In this document: positions 8,816 through 20,200 of the stretch, piece after piece | How the letters are laid out: every line of letters begins with the position of its first letter | How positions within the stretch are numbered: position 1 is the first letter of the stretch | Assembly: GCA_963744145.1 (NCBI GenBank) | Contig: CAVUSO010000001.1 | Location: 2,816,001-2,880,000, forward strand | DNA length: 64,000 nucleotides | Direction: 5' to 3' | From: an uncultured cyanobacterium | Lineage (GTDB): Bacteria > Cyanobacteriota > Cyanobacteriia > Cyanobacteriales > CAWUOF01 | Notes under the pieces: generated by a model | Told to the model about the DNA's origin: nothing | Seen by the model: the letters and a program-made list of their open reading frames with translations, nothing else | The model's database searches: none | Program-made: the position numbers and the translations under genes

Positions 8816-11800
8816 TTAATTTGGCAAATATTCTTTGAGTAGCTCATAGACACTGAGTTTTTCTTCAGGTGGGAGTTTATCAAACAGCTCAATTATTTGA
8901 TTAGCTCGATTTTCTTTTTTCTTTTCTTCACTTTCTTCCTGTATTTTTTGATTATCTGGATTATAATGTGAAGGATTTGTTCTTACTTTTCCTTGACTTA
9001 CTTGACTAATTGGTTGTGATATATTAGCATTATCTTGCAGTTTTCTTAACTCTTCTATTCTTTGATGAACAACTTTTTGAGAATCATTTAATTTTTCAAT
9101 TAAATAAGCTAAATTTGGAATTTTCTTAATATATTCAAGATATTGTTTTAATTCAACTTCATAAGCACCACAATCTTTTTCTGTATTTAGAAATTTAGCG
9201 CGTTGAGTTAATTGGTTAATAATTAGCTCAATTTTACCCATTACCATTTCTAAAGCTTTAGATTGGCGATCGCGTTGCTGCTGACTGGGAGTGACATTAA
9301 TAGTTCCTGAAATCAGTACAATTGCTGGGGGTTGACCTAGGGATCTGTAAATATTTACTAATTCCGCAATTCCAGAATTAGGGTCTAGAGTTTCTGCTTT
9401 TTTTATGGATTTAAACCATGTGTCAATTTTTTTTATTCCATCTTGTAGTTGTTTTTGCTTTTCCTTAATTTCACTAATTTTTTGGCTATCAGTATTTCCT
9501 AGCTTTAAAAAAACATCAATCTGGTCAATATACTTTTCGGCACTATCGAAATCTACAGAATCGGGAATTTCTGGATAGGGAGACGGTTGACGACGAATTA
9601 ATTCAGGTTTAGTCGTCAGTATCCATTTGTTCACAAACTCTTTCGGTTTATCAAGGATATTCGTATTTGCCCAATCATTGATTGGTTTTATTTGTATTGA
9701 AATTTGCTCGGTTTTATTTTGAGCAATTCCAAAACGCCCTCTTAAATAAATTTCATTACGGTGATAAGCAAGCCATGCGGTAAAAAGGATAGTAAAGGTA
9801 AACTCGTTATAACCATAGGGTGGACTGGATAATTTATCCCAAATTGTAGCAATATAAACCGATTTTTCCTCATATTTACTACCCAATTTAGTCATTTTGG
9901 AAATTTCATCCCAAGCGGAGCGAACTTTCTGATTATTTGGCTCTTGGACTAAATATTTTTTAGAGGTTTTTTTGAGCAATCCCCAAGCAGAAACAAAAAT
10001 CGGGTCAATTAAGTTATTGTACTCTTTACCAGGTAAATTTTCAGATAAAGTATCTAGTAAAAGCTGTTTAGCAACAAATCCGAGAATTTTTGTTCCCGAT
10101 GAACTTTTTAGTGCGATCTTATCTATTTTTTCAACAGGTGGAACCAGTGAGTAAAGTTCTTGTAATAAAGCGCTAACCAGACGTTCTGGTTTTTTCCGGT
10201 CAGCTAAAGGTAGTTTTTGACTACCATAACTATGATAAGTACAGTTGTCAAAAATCTTTTTCAATCCTTGGTCTATTTGCTGTTGGATCTGTTCTGTAAA
10301 TTGGGAAAAAGCTTCACCATAGTTTTGCTTTTGGGCTGAAGTTTTCTCATTCAACTTATCCCGCTTGAGCAGCAAATGAGCAATATCCATAGCTCCTTGC
10401 TGAGGAATTGCTACAGAGATTTGAGAACGGATAGAAGATTCGATCAGTAGTTGATCAATTTCGTCACGAAGTGGTTTTAATTCTGTTTCTGTTTCTGCCA
10501 AAACATAAGCAAATATGCCTTTTGCTGGGGTTTCTTGTAAAGTTTTATCTCTTAATAAAGCTTTTTGAAATCCATTAATCGAATAGATTTTATACTCAAA
10601 TTGCCACTCATCGCTAATTAATTTGTTTTGGTCTACAAATTCCATAGCAGTAATTGTAGTCGCTTTGAAATATTCTTCTAGATGTTCTCGGCAATAAATT
10701 AAAACTTGATCAATGGTAGGCTTTTTTCTATTATAATATTTATCTTCTGCTAGTTCCTTGTCTATTTCTTGCTCTAGGTCTAGAATACTAAATCCGGAGT
10801 AGAAACTATAGGTGTTATTAGCAAGTTTGTATATAGCTCGTCTATTATTACAAAGTTGGTCGAGAGCAATTTTAACTTTCATTTCCGATAAACCAGTTAA
10901 AACACTCAATATCTCTTCATGTTTTTCACCGTCTGGTTTAGTTAGTTTGCTACCACTAATATAAAATAAGAAGATGGCTTTTAACAAGGTAATTTCTTCA
11001 CTTGAAGCTGCTCCAATTACTGAATCAAAAGCTTTTTTATAATCTGTGTATTTGGAGTGATTAGAAAAATTATCAATAAAAGCGTCAACCAGTACCACTG
11101 GACGAATATAGTTGAGTTTTCCTTCGATTTCTACTGGCTCATTTTGAATAAAGTTTCTGACATCATACTTAACAAACTGAATCGCTGTACGTCCTTGGGT
11201 AAAGTCCAAATTACAAAGCAGATAAGCGGTGAGAGGATGGAGGGGAAAACATTTGGAAGCAAAATCATGATGGAATTTTTTAAAATCCCTTTTTCCTTCG
11301 CGATAAAAGGTAATTCGTTTCTCACAAGCAGTTCTACTTTCATCTAATAAAGTGCTATTCCATCGATCGCGAAACTCTTCCCAAACTGTGGGATTTTCCT
11401 GAACAATTAACTTAGAAAAAACTAACTCTAAACTAGAAACAGGTTCATAGGTACTGCGACTCAATTCCAGCCGAGAAATTAATTTTTTGTAACTTTCTAT
11501 TTCTTTAAAATTGCGGGGAACTGCGGCTGCATTTGATGGTTTAATTTGAGTGAAACTGATCAGGGCAATTCGTCCCTTGTGGTTTTCACAAAAATTAGTT
11601 ATATTTTGCAAAGCCATTCCTCCCGCTGTTGCAGGGTTGCTTGCCCAATTTTGTAGATAAGCATTAAGTTCATCTAACAAAATTAAAATCCCTGCAAACT
11701 GGGGATTTTTTCCAGAGCAAAGCTTTTTGAGCAAATCTTCAAGAATATCCTCTAAGTCTAAATTTGCTTCAAAATTAATTGCATATCCACCGATCGTAAA

Positions 11801-12475
11801 TTGACGACTAATATCGATGACTGTAGGAATAACGTGATAGTTATCATGTCGCAATAACTCAATCATCGATTCGATATCACCATAAGGATTGTCGATCTTT
11901 TTTAAATATTTTTCAGCTATTGCAAGCTGTTCAGTATCCAGTCTTTCCAAAAATTGTAGGGGTTCACTGCAAAATCGCTGGGCAATAGAACCACTCACTC
12001 CTTCCGTTTCTAGGGTTTGACGTAAAGAGCGCAGAAAATTCTGTTTCAGATCACCGCGATCGCCACTTAAACAGATCACTAAATGTTTTGGATTTCGTTG
12101 TTTATAAGCTTGTAAATCTGCTAAAATTGCCGGATATTCAGAAGTAGCTAACCGGATTTGCTCTAAAGTTCCCTGCACTTCTTTACTTTCATAAGGCTGT
12201 TTAAAAAAGTTGGCCAGGACTAACCCAAAGTGAGATTTTCCTTTGCCATAGTCTTGAACTAAGAGGTGAACATTTGGCTCATTTTGACTATGGTAACTAC
12301 GCCGGACAGCATCAAGAACTCCCACCGTCGATGATTTTAGATTTTTCTGATCATAATTAAACACAAATCCTTGACAAAGCTTTAAATTTTTCTCCTGATC
12401 TGCGATCATATCGAAATTGACAGCATCAGCTAATAGGGCAGTTTCATTAATTCGGACTAAATTATTTAGTTTCAT
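8816..12475 (-). CDS. BrxC/SspC-like large P-loop ATPase with coiled-coil C-terminus
   Basis: HLLVQDYGKGKSHF (Walker A variant), ILILLDEL (Walker B), CFPLHP and SSPPYG motifs; 1219 aa; operon context. Confidence 0.8.
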   Translation of the reverse strand: MKLNNLVRINETALLADAVNFDMIADQEKNLKLCQGFVFNYDQKNLKSSTVGVLDAVRRSYHSQNEPNVHLLVQDYGKGKSHFGLVLANFFKQPYESKEVQGTLEQIRLATSEYPAILADLQAYKQRNPKHLVICLSGDRGDLKQNFLRSLRQTLETEGVSGSIAQRFCSEPLQFLERLDTEQLAIAEKYLKKIDNPYGDIESMIELLRHDNYHVIPTVIDISRQFTIGGYAINFEANLDLEDILEDLLKKLCSGKNPQFAGILILLDELNAYLQNWASNPATAGGMALQNITNFCENHKGRIALISFTQIKPSNAAAVPRNFKEIESYKKLISRLELSRSTYEPVSSLELVFSKLIVQENPTVWEEFRDRWNSTLLDESRTACEKRITFYREGKRDFKKFHHDFASKCFPLHPLTAYLLCNLDFTQGRTAIQFVKYDVRNFIQNEPVEIEGKLNYIRPVVLVDAFIDNFSNHSKYTDYKKAFDSVIGAASSEEITLLKAIFLFYISGSKLTKPDGEKHEEILSVLTGLSEMKVKIALDQLCNNRRAIYKLANNTYSFYSGFSILDLEQEIDKELAEDKYYNRKKPTIDQVLIYCREHLEEYFKATTITAMEFVDQNKLISDEWQFEYKIYSINGFQKALLRDKTLQETPAKGIFAYVLAETETELKPLRDEIDQLLIESSIRSQISVAIPQQGAMDIAHLLLKRDKLNEKTSAQKQNYGEAFSQFTEQIQQQIDQGLKKIFDNCTYHSYGSQKLPLADRKKPERLVSALLQELYSLVPPVEKIDKIALKSSSGTKILGFVAKQLLLDTLSENLPGKEYNNLIDPIFVSAWGLLKKTSKKYLVQEPNNQKVRSAWDEISKMTKLGSKYEEKSVYIATIWDKLSSPPYGYNEFTFTILFTAWLAYHRNEIYLRGRFGIAQNKTEQISIQIKPINDWANTNILDKPKEFVNKWILTTKPELIRRQPSPYPEIPDSVDFDSAEKYIDQIDVFLKLGNTDSQKISEIKEKQKQLQDGIKKIDTWFKSIKKAETLDPNSGIAELVNIYRSLGQPPAIVLISGTINVTPSQQQRDRQSKALEMVMGKIELIINQLTQRAKFLNTEKDCGAYEVELKQYLEYIKKIPNLAYLIEKLNDSQKVVHQRIEELRKLQDNANISQPISQVSQGKVRTNPSHYNPDNQKIQEESEEKKKENRANQIIELFDKLPPEEKLSVYELLKEYLPN

Positions 12476-12499
12476 TTGATGGACCTGATTATCAATAAA

Positions 12500-12928
12500 T
12501 TAAATATGAAAAACTCGCTGACGCGGCCAATTTAGTGGTAGAACTTTAGCTGGCAACAAAATCCAAAGCACTGCTTCTAAATGTCGCAGTTCTGATAATT
12601 TTTGCCAAAACAATTCCATCGGAAATGTAGATTGAACAGATAAATAAGTAATCAGATAATCTAACTTTTCCAGAATTATCGTTCTATTATAGTTGGTTGC
12701 ACAGATTGAGCGAATAGCATTAAATTCTTCGTCTAAGCGCTGATGAAGCACCAAAAATTGGTGAGAGCTGAGACGAGTGAGTAAGTTTTGCCGATAGCTA
12801 ACCCGTATAGCTTTATTATCACATAAAAGAGACAATAAATCTACCTCCGTAGGATTGTCCCATAGCAAAAGATGGGGACGATCCTCTGGTTTTGCGTCTG
12901 GAAGTTTCAGATTAGGGTTGATTTGCAT
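12500..12928 (-). CDS. Small BrxB/BrxF-like (inactive P-loop-like) protein
   Basis: 142 aa, alpha/beta pattern with IILEKLDYLITYL. Lies between the HTH gene and the ATPase; overlaps the upstream gene by 17 bp. Confidence 0.5.
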   Translation of the reverse strand: MQINPNLKLPDAKPEDRPHLLLWDNPTEVDLLSLLCDNKAIRVSYRQNLLTRLSSHQFLVLHQRLDEEFNAIRSICATNYNRTIILEKLDYLITYLSVQSTFPMELFWQKLSELRHLEAVLWILLPAKVLPLNWPRQRVFHI

Positions 12929-13745
12929 AAGCTTTTTCTAGAAGAGTCAGAGAGTTATCCCACCGACGTACTATTTGAAAAGGGGGAACTGTGCGACGCT
13001 GTTCAATCAGTCCATAGGCTTCCAAATTGTTAAAATGCTCTTGTAAATCATCGGTGCTAATTCCTAAAATAGTCGTTAGTCCCATTGGTTGATCGACAAC
13101 CGCTTTAGTTAACACTGAAGTTTGGGTTTTAAAGTCCCGTTCCCAAAGTTGGGCAAGAAAATAACCGATCATATAAACATTGGGAAGATTAGCGTTACCT
13201 GTTTGATATGTATCATTTTTATTTAATTCAATAAAACGACAAGATGCTAAGGCTTGAGTTTCTGTATAAGCTCGCAAAATATATTTCAATCTTTCTGTAA
13301 TTATTTTTTTAGTTTCTTCAAAAACTGTGGTACTATTTTCGATCAGTTCATTCATAGTAAACTGACGATGCTGTGGTAAAAAACTATGGACAAAATAACA
13401 CCATCCTCCCCAATCAGCCGGATTTTTTGGTAATTGTTTCATGTTTCGTTCCCCAAAACTCAAATAAAAGTGCATCAACCAGTCTGTAATGTTTGTCTGT
13501 AAAAATGAATCTAGTCTTAACACTATTTTACCTTCTGGGGTTGGTCGATTATCTTGAATTAACCCTGCTCGAATTGCCCAGCTTTTGATCTGTCCAACTT
13601 TTGCATTACCTAAACTGGTTCTCTGCATTAAGTTTTCTAAAGTATCATTTAAACCTTTTTCCTCTGTAGCTGTCTGAAGAATTCTGCGGATTTCTTCTTT
13701 TTTGAGAGCGAAATTTCCGTGAAAGTGCATTTTCAAGTTAGCCAT
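12912..13745 (-). CDS. DUF4007/SspB-like winged-HTH protein
   Basis: MHFHGNFAL, LGNAKVGQIKSWAIRAGLI, TDWLMHFYLS. The likely start is ATG 13745; the longer ORF-track start runs through the MITE. Confidence 0.75.
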   Translation of the reverse strand: MANLKMHFHGNFALKKEEIRRILQTATEEKGLNDTLENLMQRTSLGNAKVGQIKSWAIRAGLIQDNRPTPEGKIVLRLDSFLQTNITDWLMHFYLSFGERNMKQLPKNPADWGGWCYFVHSFLPQHRQFTMNELIENSTTVFEETKKIITERLKYILRAYTETQALASCRFIELNKNDTYQTGNANLPNVYMIGYFLAQLWERDFKTQTSVLTKAVVDQPMGLTTILGISTDDLQEHFNNLEAYGLIEQRRTVPPFQIVRRWDNSLTLLEKAYANQP

Positions 13746-13788
13746 AATTATTTGCCGTCTAAATATGTAGATCACTACTATTATATTC

Positions 13789-13922
13789 CAATACAGTTCA
13801 GTTAAGAATATTTTTGGGGATATCGGCAGAAGAAGGGTGAAGCATTCGGATACAATATTACTGGTTTGATCGCTCAATTATCGCCCGAATGCTTCACCCC
13901 TACATTTAACTGAACCGTATTG
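13789..13922. mobile_element. 134-bp MITE with 17-bp TIRs and a 10-bp target-site duplication (resembles Nezha-type cyanobacterial MITEs)
   Basis: Left end CAATACAGTTCAGTTAA, right end TTAACTGAACCGTATTG (1 mismatch); flanked by TATTATATTC at 13779-13788 and 13923-13932; internal hairpin GGGTGAAGCATTCGG...CCGAATGCTTCACCC. Confidence 0.9.
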
Positions 13923-14267
13923 TATTATATTCTATTTTTAGTTCTAGCGATCGTTTTCTCTGCCACTTGTTAATATGATCTAATCCAAAGTATCGCAAGT
14001 AACTGAATCACTGGTATGGGGAACCTAAATGAAACATGAACAGAATTTTATCTTTAAGTATAAATACTCAAACTAGAACAATGAGAGAGTGCTTTGCTAG
14101 TTAAGCGCACCATCTTAAATCACTTATAGACAAAATCTGATCTTGAAAGCTAGCAGTTCTAGGCATAAAATAGTTAAGAAACAAAAAAACAGTACAAAAG
14201 ATTGTTTAGGATAATCCTTGCTGTTCTTATAGTTTAGCTTGATTTCGGCTAATGATTAAAACTTGGA

Positions 14268-17200
14268 GTGCCTACCAATATGGACAGTATTATAGACTAC
14301 CAACTAACTGAAAAAATCTACGAAAGTCCTAATTCAATAGTTTATCGAGGCACTGACCAACTCAATAAACAACCAATTATTCTGAAAATTCTTCAGGAAA
14401 ATTACCCTACTCCATCAGAACTAATCCGATATAAACAGGAATATGAAATTACTCGTTGTTTCCATGCCGATCGCATTATTAAAACCTCCGGATTACAGCG
14501 ATATAAGAATAGTTTAATCATCATTTTAGAGGACTTTGGTGGTAAATCTTTAGACCGATTAATATCCGAATACCAGTTTAGCTTAGAAGAAACTCTCACT
14601 ATTGCTATTAAGATTACAGAGGGTTTAGTTGCGATTCATTCTGCTAACATTATCCACAAAGATATTAACCCTAGCAATATAGTCTATAATCCAGAAACTG
14701 GACAACTGAAAATTATTGATTTTGGAATTTCTACCCGTTTATCCCAGGAAAATCAGACAATTAATCATATCAATCAATTAGAAGGAACCTTAGCTTATAT
14801 TGCGCCAGAGCAAACTGGTAGAATGAACCGAGGAATAGATTACCGTAGTGATTTTTATGCTCTGGGTGTCACATTCTATCAAATATTGACCCATCAATTA
14901 CCGTTTCCAACCCATGACCCGATGGAATTAGTCCATTGTCAGATCGCGCAACATCCAAAAAGACCTGATGAACTAATCTCGTCAATTCCCTTAACATTAT
15001 CCAATATCGTCATCAAATTGTTAGCTAAAACTCCAGAGGAACGATACCAAAGTGCTTGGGGAATTAAAGCTGATTTAGAAACCTGTCTGCACCAATTAAA
15101 AACTTTCGGAGAAATTTCTCAATTTTCTTTAGGAAACCAGGATATTTCCAATAAGTTTCATATTTCTCAAAAACTCTACGGTCGAGAACAGGAAATCACT
15201 CAACTATTAAATTCCTTTAAACGAGTTAGTCAAGGTACTACAGAGATGATGCTGGTTTCTGGTTATTCAGGAATCGGTAAATCTGTTTTGGTCAATGAAA
15301 TTCACAAACCGATTACTAAACAACGAGGATATTTTATTAATGGCAAATTTGACCAGTTGCAGAGGGATATTCCCTATGCAGCAATTACTCAGGCTTTTCA
15401 AGATCTAATTCGTCAACTTCTGAGTGAACCGGAATCAATCCTAGAAACTTGGAAAGAGAAAATATTATCAGCATTGGGGAATAATGGTCAAATTATCATT
15501 GATATTATCCCTGGTCTGGAAAAAATTATCGGTAAACAGCCGGAAGTTGAACAACTAGGAGCAAAAGAAACTCAAAATCGGTTCAAATTATTATTTGAAA
15601 AATTTATCGGCGTTTTTAGTCAAAAAGAACACCCCTTAGTTATCTTCCTCGATGATTTACAGTGGGCAAATCTACCATCTTTAAATTTAATTGAGGGATT
15701 AATAACTAATGCTAATCAGCAATATTTATTGATGATCGGAGCATATCGCGATAATGAAGTTAGTCCTGTTCATCCTTTAATGCACACCTTAGCACAACTT
15801 AGAAAGGTAGAAGCTACAGTCAATCAAATTATCCTACAACCATTAAAAATCAGCCAGATTAACTTATTAATTGCTGATACCTTAAGTTGCTCAATAGAAG
15901 ATGCAAAACCTTTAGCAGAGCTAGTAGCCAAAAAAACTGGTGGTAATCCTTTTTTTGTCAACCAATTACTCCAAACATTGTACCAAGAAAACCTCTTAGT
16001 ATTTAATCCGCCACAATTTTTAATAGCTCAGGGAGAAAATAAAGAGAAATTTTGGCAGTGGGATATTGACCAAATTGAAAAAATCGGCATAACTGATAAT
16101 GTAGTTGATTTAATGGTTAGGAAAATTGGAAAGCTGGATGAAAACACCCAGAATATTTTAAAATTAGCTGCTTGTATTGGCAACCAATTTAATTTAGAAA
16201 TTCTTGCTGTTGTTAATCGAAAATCTCAAATATTTACTGCTCAAGAACTACAACCAGCACTTGCTGAAGGATTGATTGTTCCCCTAAATAATGACTATAA
16301 ATTACCCTTGCTATGGAGTCAGGAGGAAATATCAAGTGAAAGCTCATCTGTTTTTATTCCCAAATATCCTGAGTCTATTCCCTATAAATTTTTACATGAC
16401 CGAGTCCAGCAAGCTGCTTATATTCTCATTAGAGAAGAAGAGAAAAAAGTTGTTCATCTGCAAATAGGTCGTCTGCTACTGAAAAATACTCAAGCAGATA
16501 AATTAGAAGAAAATCTTTTTCAAATTACTAATCAACTTAACGAAGGAGCAGAGTTAACTACTGACCAATTAGAGCGAGATGAGTTAGCTATATTAAATCT
16601 TAAAGCTGGTAAAAAATCTAAAGCATCAACCGCCTATAAACCAGCTCTCAGATATTTGGAAACTGGCTTAAGTCTATTAGCATTTAATAGCTGGAATGAC
16701 CAATATAAATTGACCTGGGAATTACAGATAGAGACTTTAGAACTGCTTTACTTAAATACTAAATTTAAGGAATTTGAAGAGCGAGCAGAAATGCTGCTGG
16801 AACAAGCAAAAGAGATCCTTGATCAAGCTAAGGTAACTCAGTTAAAAATAATATACTGTTATACAATATTTAAGCCTGATCAGGCAATAGATATCGCCCT
16901 TAAAGCTGTCCTAGAACTGGGAATAAATATCTCTCAGGAATCCAGTGACATCGAAAAGAGAATTGAGCAACAACAAGAATTTATTCTATCATTTTTGCAA
17001 TCAAAAAAGATTGAGGATTTAGCTGATTTACCGCTCATGACCGATCAAACTAAAATAGCTGCAACCTCAATCTTACACCGGATTCTTACAGCTACAAATA
17101 CAACAAATTTTTCTTTATATATTGAGGTAATGTTTACCATACTTAATCTCTATATCAGCTCTGGAAATTCTCCTAACGCAGCTTGTATATATGCTACTTA

Positions 17201-20200
17201 TGGAGCGATTTTGTGTACTGTAAAAAAATATATTAATTATGGTAATCAATTTGGAAAACTGTCTTTCAAGCTACTAGAAAAATTTAATACTCCTAAATTA
17301 GAGCCTGTGATTATACATTTATATTATGGAGGTATTTGGTTTTGGCAAGAACATCTCAGGAATATCGTTGCACATAATCACTTAATACATGGATGGAAAA
17401 CCGGGATAGATGCAGGAGAAAATGAATATACTTCTTATCTAGCCCTAAGTTATTGCTTAATCAAGTTTTTCGGTGGATATGATTTGGCAGATGTTGAACA
17501 AGATGTAAAAAAATATTCTAATTTTATCAAAAATTTAAACCAACAATATTCTCTATATGCTATAGAAACAATTGATAAAATAGTAACTAATTTCTTGATG
17601 ATAAACAAGGAAAAAGGTTTAATTATTGGTAATTCTAGAGAAGAGGAGGAAACATATTTAAAGATTTGGAATCAAGCTAATAACGTCTGGCTAATGTTTT
17701 TTGTATTTTTTGGTAAAACAATTTATTTTTATTATTTTAAAGATTATATTAATGCTTATGCTAACAGAATTAATGCCGAAAAACATATCCAAGCTATTGG
17801 CTCCTATTTAATAATGCCCCAGCATAATTTCTATTCATCCCTTTCTGATCTTGCTTATTATAATTATTGTGATGGAAAAAGGCAAAAAGAATTAATTGAT
17901 CAAGTAGACAGAAATCAGGAAAGTATGAAAATATGGGCTAACTATTGTCCAGCAAATTTTCAACATAAATACGATTTGGTTGCGGCTGAAAAAGCCCGAA
18001 TTTTAAACCAAAATTGGCAAGCTGAAGACCTTTATGAAAGAGCAATTCAAGGTGCTAAACAATATCAATTTATTCAAGAAGAAGCTCTAGCTTATGAACG
18101 AGCAGCAGAATTTTACTTTTCTATTGACCGAAAAGAAATTGGTCAGTTATATCTGAGAAATTCCCACCATTGTTACACTAGCTGGGGTGCTAAAGCCAAA
18201 ATTAAACAATTGGAGGACGAATATCCACAATATTTTGTAGGAGTAACCAACTCAGAGACAACTAAAAATCTTTCTACGACGATCTCTATTCCTGGTAATG
18301 ATGGAAAATTCCTCGATTTAACGACCGTCATTAAAGCATCCCAAGCTCTAACTGGGGAAATTATGCTCGATAAATTGCTAGCAACCTTGATGAAAACCAT
18401 GATCGAGAATGCAGCTGCTCAAAAAGGTTTTCTGCTGTTACCATCCCAAACTGATCCTGATCACGAAGATTATCAGTGGGCGATCGCAGCGATCGCGACA
18501 GTTAATCCTAATGAGGTGACTACACTACAATCTATTCCCATCGATACAATAGATCCTTCCACCCAAACCCCGTTCCTCTCAACTACAATCATCAATTATG
18601 TGATTAACAGTCAAGAAAATGTAGTTCTTCATGATGCTACCAATCAGGGACAATTTACTCGCGATCGCTATATTATTACCACCCAACCCAAATCTATTCT
18701 CTGCACTCCTCTACTCAATCAAGGAAAACTGAGTGCTATTTTATATTTAGAAAATAACCTCACCACCGAAGCATTTACACCCGAGCGAATTGAAGTTTTA
18801 AATATCCTTTGTAGCCAAGCCGTTATTTCGATTAAGAATGCCCAATATTATCAACAATTAACCGCATTAAATGTAAATTTGCAAGCTGAAATTATTGAAC
18901 GTCAAAAAGCAGAAGATGCCTTAGCTGAGTCCAACCGCAACCTAGAAATTAAAGTCGAAGAACGAACAGTTGAACTCAAGGAAGCAAAGGAAATTGCCGA
19001 TGATGCTAATCGAGCCAAAAGCGAATTTTTATCGAACATGAGTCATGAACTAAGAACTCCTCTCAATGGGATTTTAGGATATGCTCAAATCCTCCAACGC
19101 TCAAAAATAATCCCAGCAGAAGAACTACACCAGATTAACGTTATTCACCAGTGTGGTTCCCATTTATTAACCCTCATAGACGACATTTTAGATTTAGCCA
19201 AAATTGAAGCTCGAAAAATGGAACTCATGCCAACCGATTTTGATTTTTCTAATTTTTTGCAAGGAATAGCAGAAATTGGCAAAATTAGAGCTGAACAAAA
19301 AGGGATTTCTTTCATTTTTCAAACTACATCAGAACTACCTCAAGGCATCAATACTGATCAGAAAAGATTACGACAAGTGCTAATTAACTTAATCAGTAAT
19401 GCGATTAAATTTACTGACATCGGTGGAGTAATTTTTAAAGTTGAAAGAATTAGGACTGAACAAAAATTAATCCCATCTCCAAGCTCGAAAATTCGGTTTC
19501 AAATTGAGGATACTGGAATTGGCATGAGTCCGGAGCAATTAGAAAAGATATTTTTACCTTTTGAACAGGTGAGTGATCAGCAACGAAAAATAGAAGGAAC
19601 TGGACTAGGATTGACAATTAGTCAAAAAATTGCGGAAATAATGGGTGGTACAATTAAGGTGAAAAGTCAGTTAGATCAAGGGAGTGTTTTTTGGCTAGAT
19701 TTAGATTTGTCTGAAGTCCAGGGATGGAACCAAACAGCCATCACCTGGTCTCAAAGACAGATAATTAGCTTTAAAGGGACTAGACGGAAAATTCTAGTCG
19801 TCGATGACCGATGGGAGAATCGCTCTATGATGATTAATTTACTCAAACCAATTGGCTTTGAAATTGCTGAAGCAACGAACGGTCAGGAGGGTTTAGCCCA
19901 AACCCAAGGATTTCAGCCAGATTTAATTATCCTTGACTTGCTGATGCCCGTCCTAGATGGTTTTGAGATGATTCGACAATTGAGACGCTCCGTTGAATTC
20001 AAGCAGGTGCTGATCATTGCTTCCTCTGCTAGTGTCTACGCAAGCGATCGCGATCAAAGTCTAGCAGTAGGAGCCAATGATTTTCTTTCCAAACCAGTCC
20101 AGATCGATGAACTATTCAAGCAACTACAGAAACATTTGCAAATTGAGTGGGTTTACGAAGAAGTAGCAAAATCTAGCTTGCTCGCTTCCCCCCTAAGATG

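Noticed and set aside
4517..13835. Direct repeats (4517-4562 and 13791-13838) as att sites of the BREX-like island
   Set aside because: Both belong to a dispersed MITE/REP family also seen at 63.6-64 kb, the right copy has its own TSD, and there is no integrase nearby.
13746..13877. N-terminal extension of the DUF4007-like ORF in the ORF track
   Set aside because: It runs through the MITE from a TTG; ATG 13745 gives the family-like N-terminus.
13789..13922. MITE mobilised by the IS at 61528-63102 (both ends start CAATAC)
   Set aside because: TIRs diverge after 6 bp and TSD lengths differ (10 vs 6 bp).
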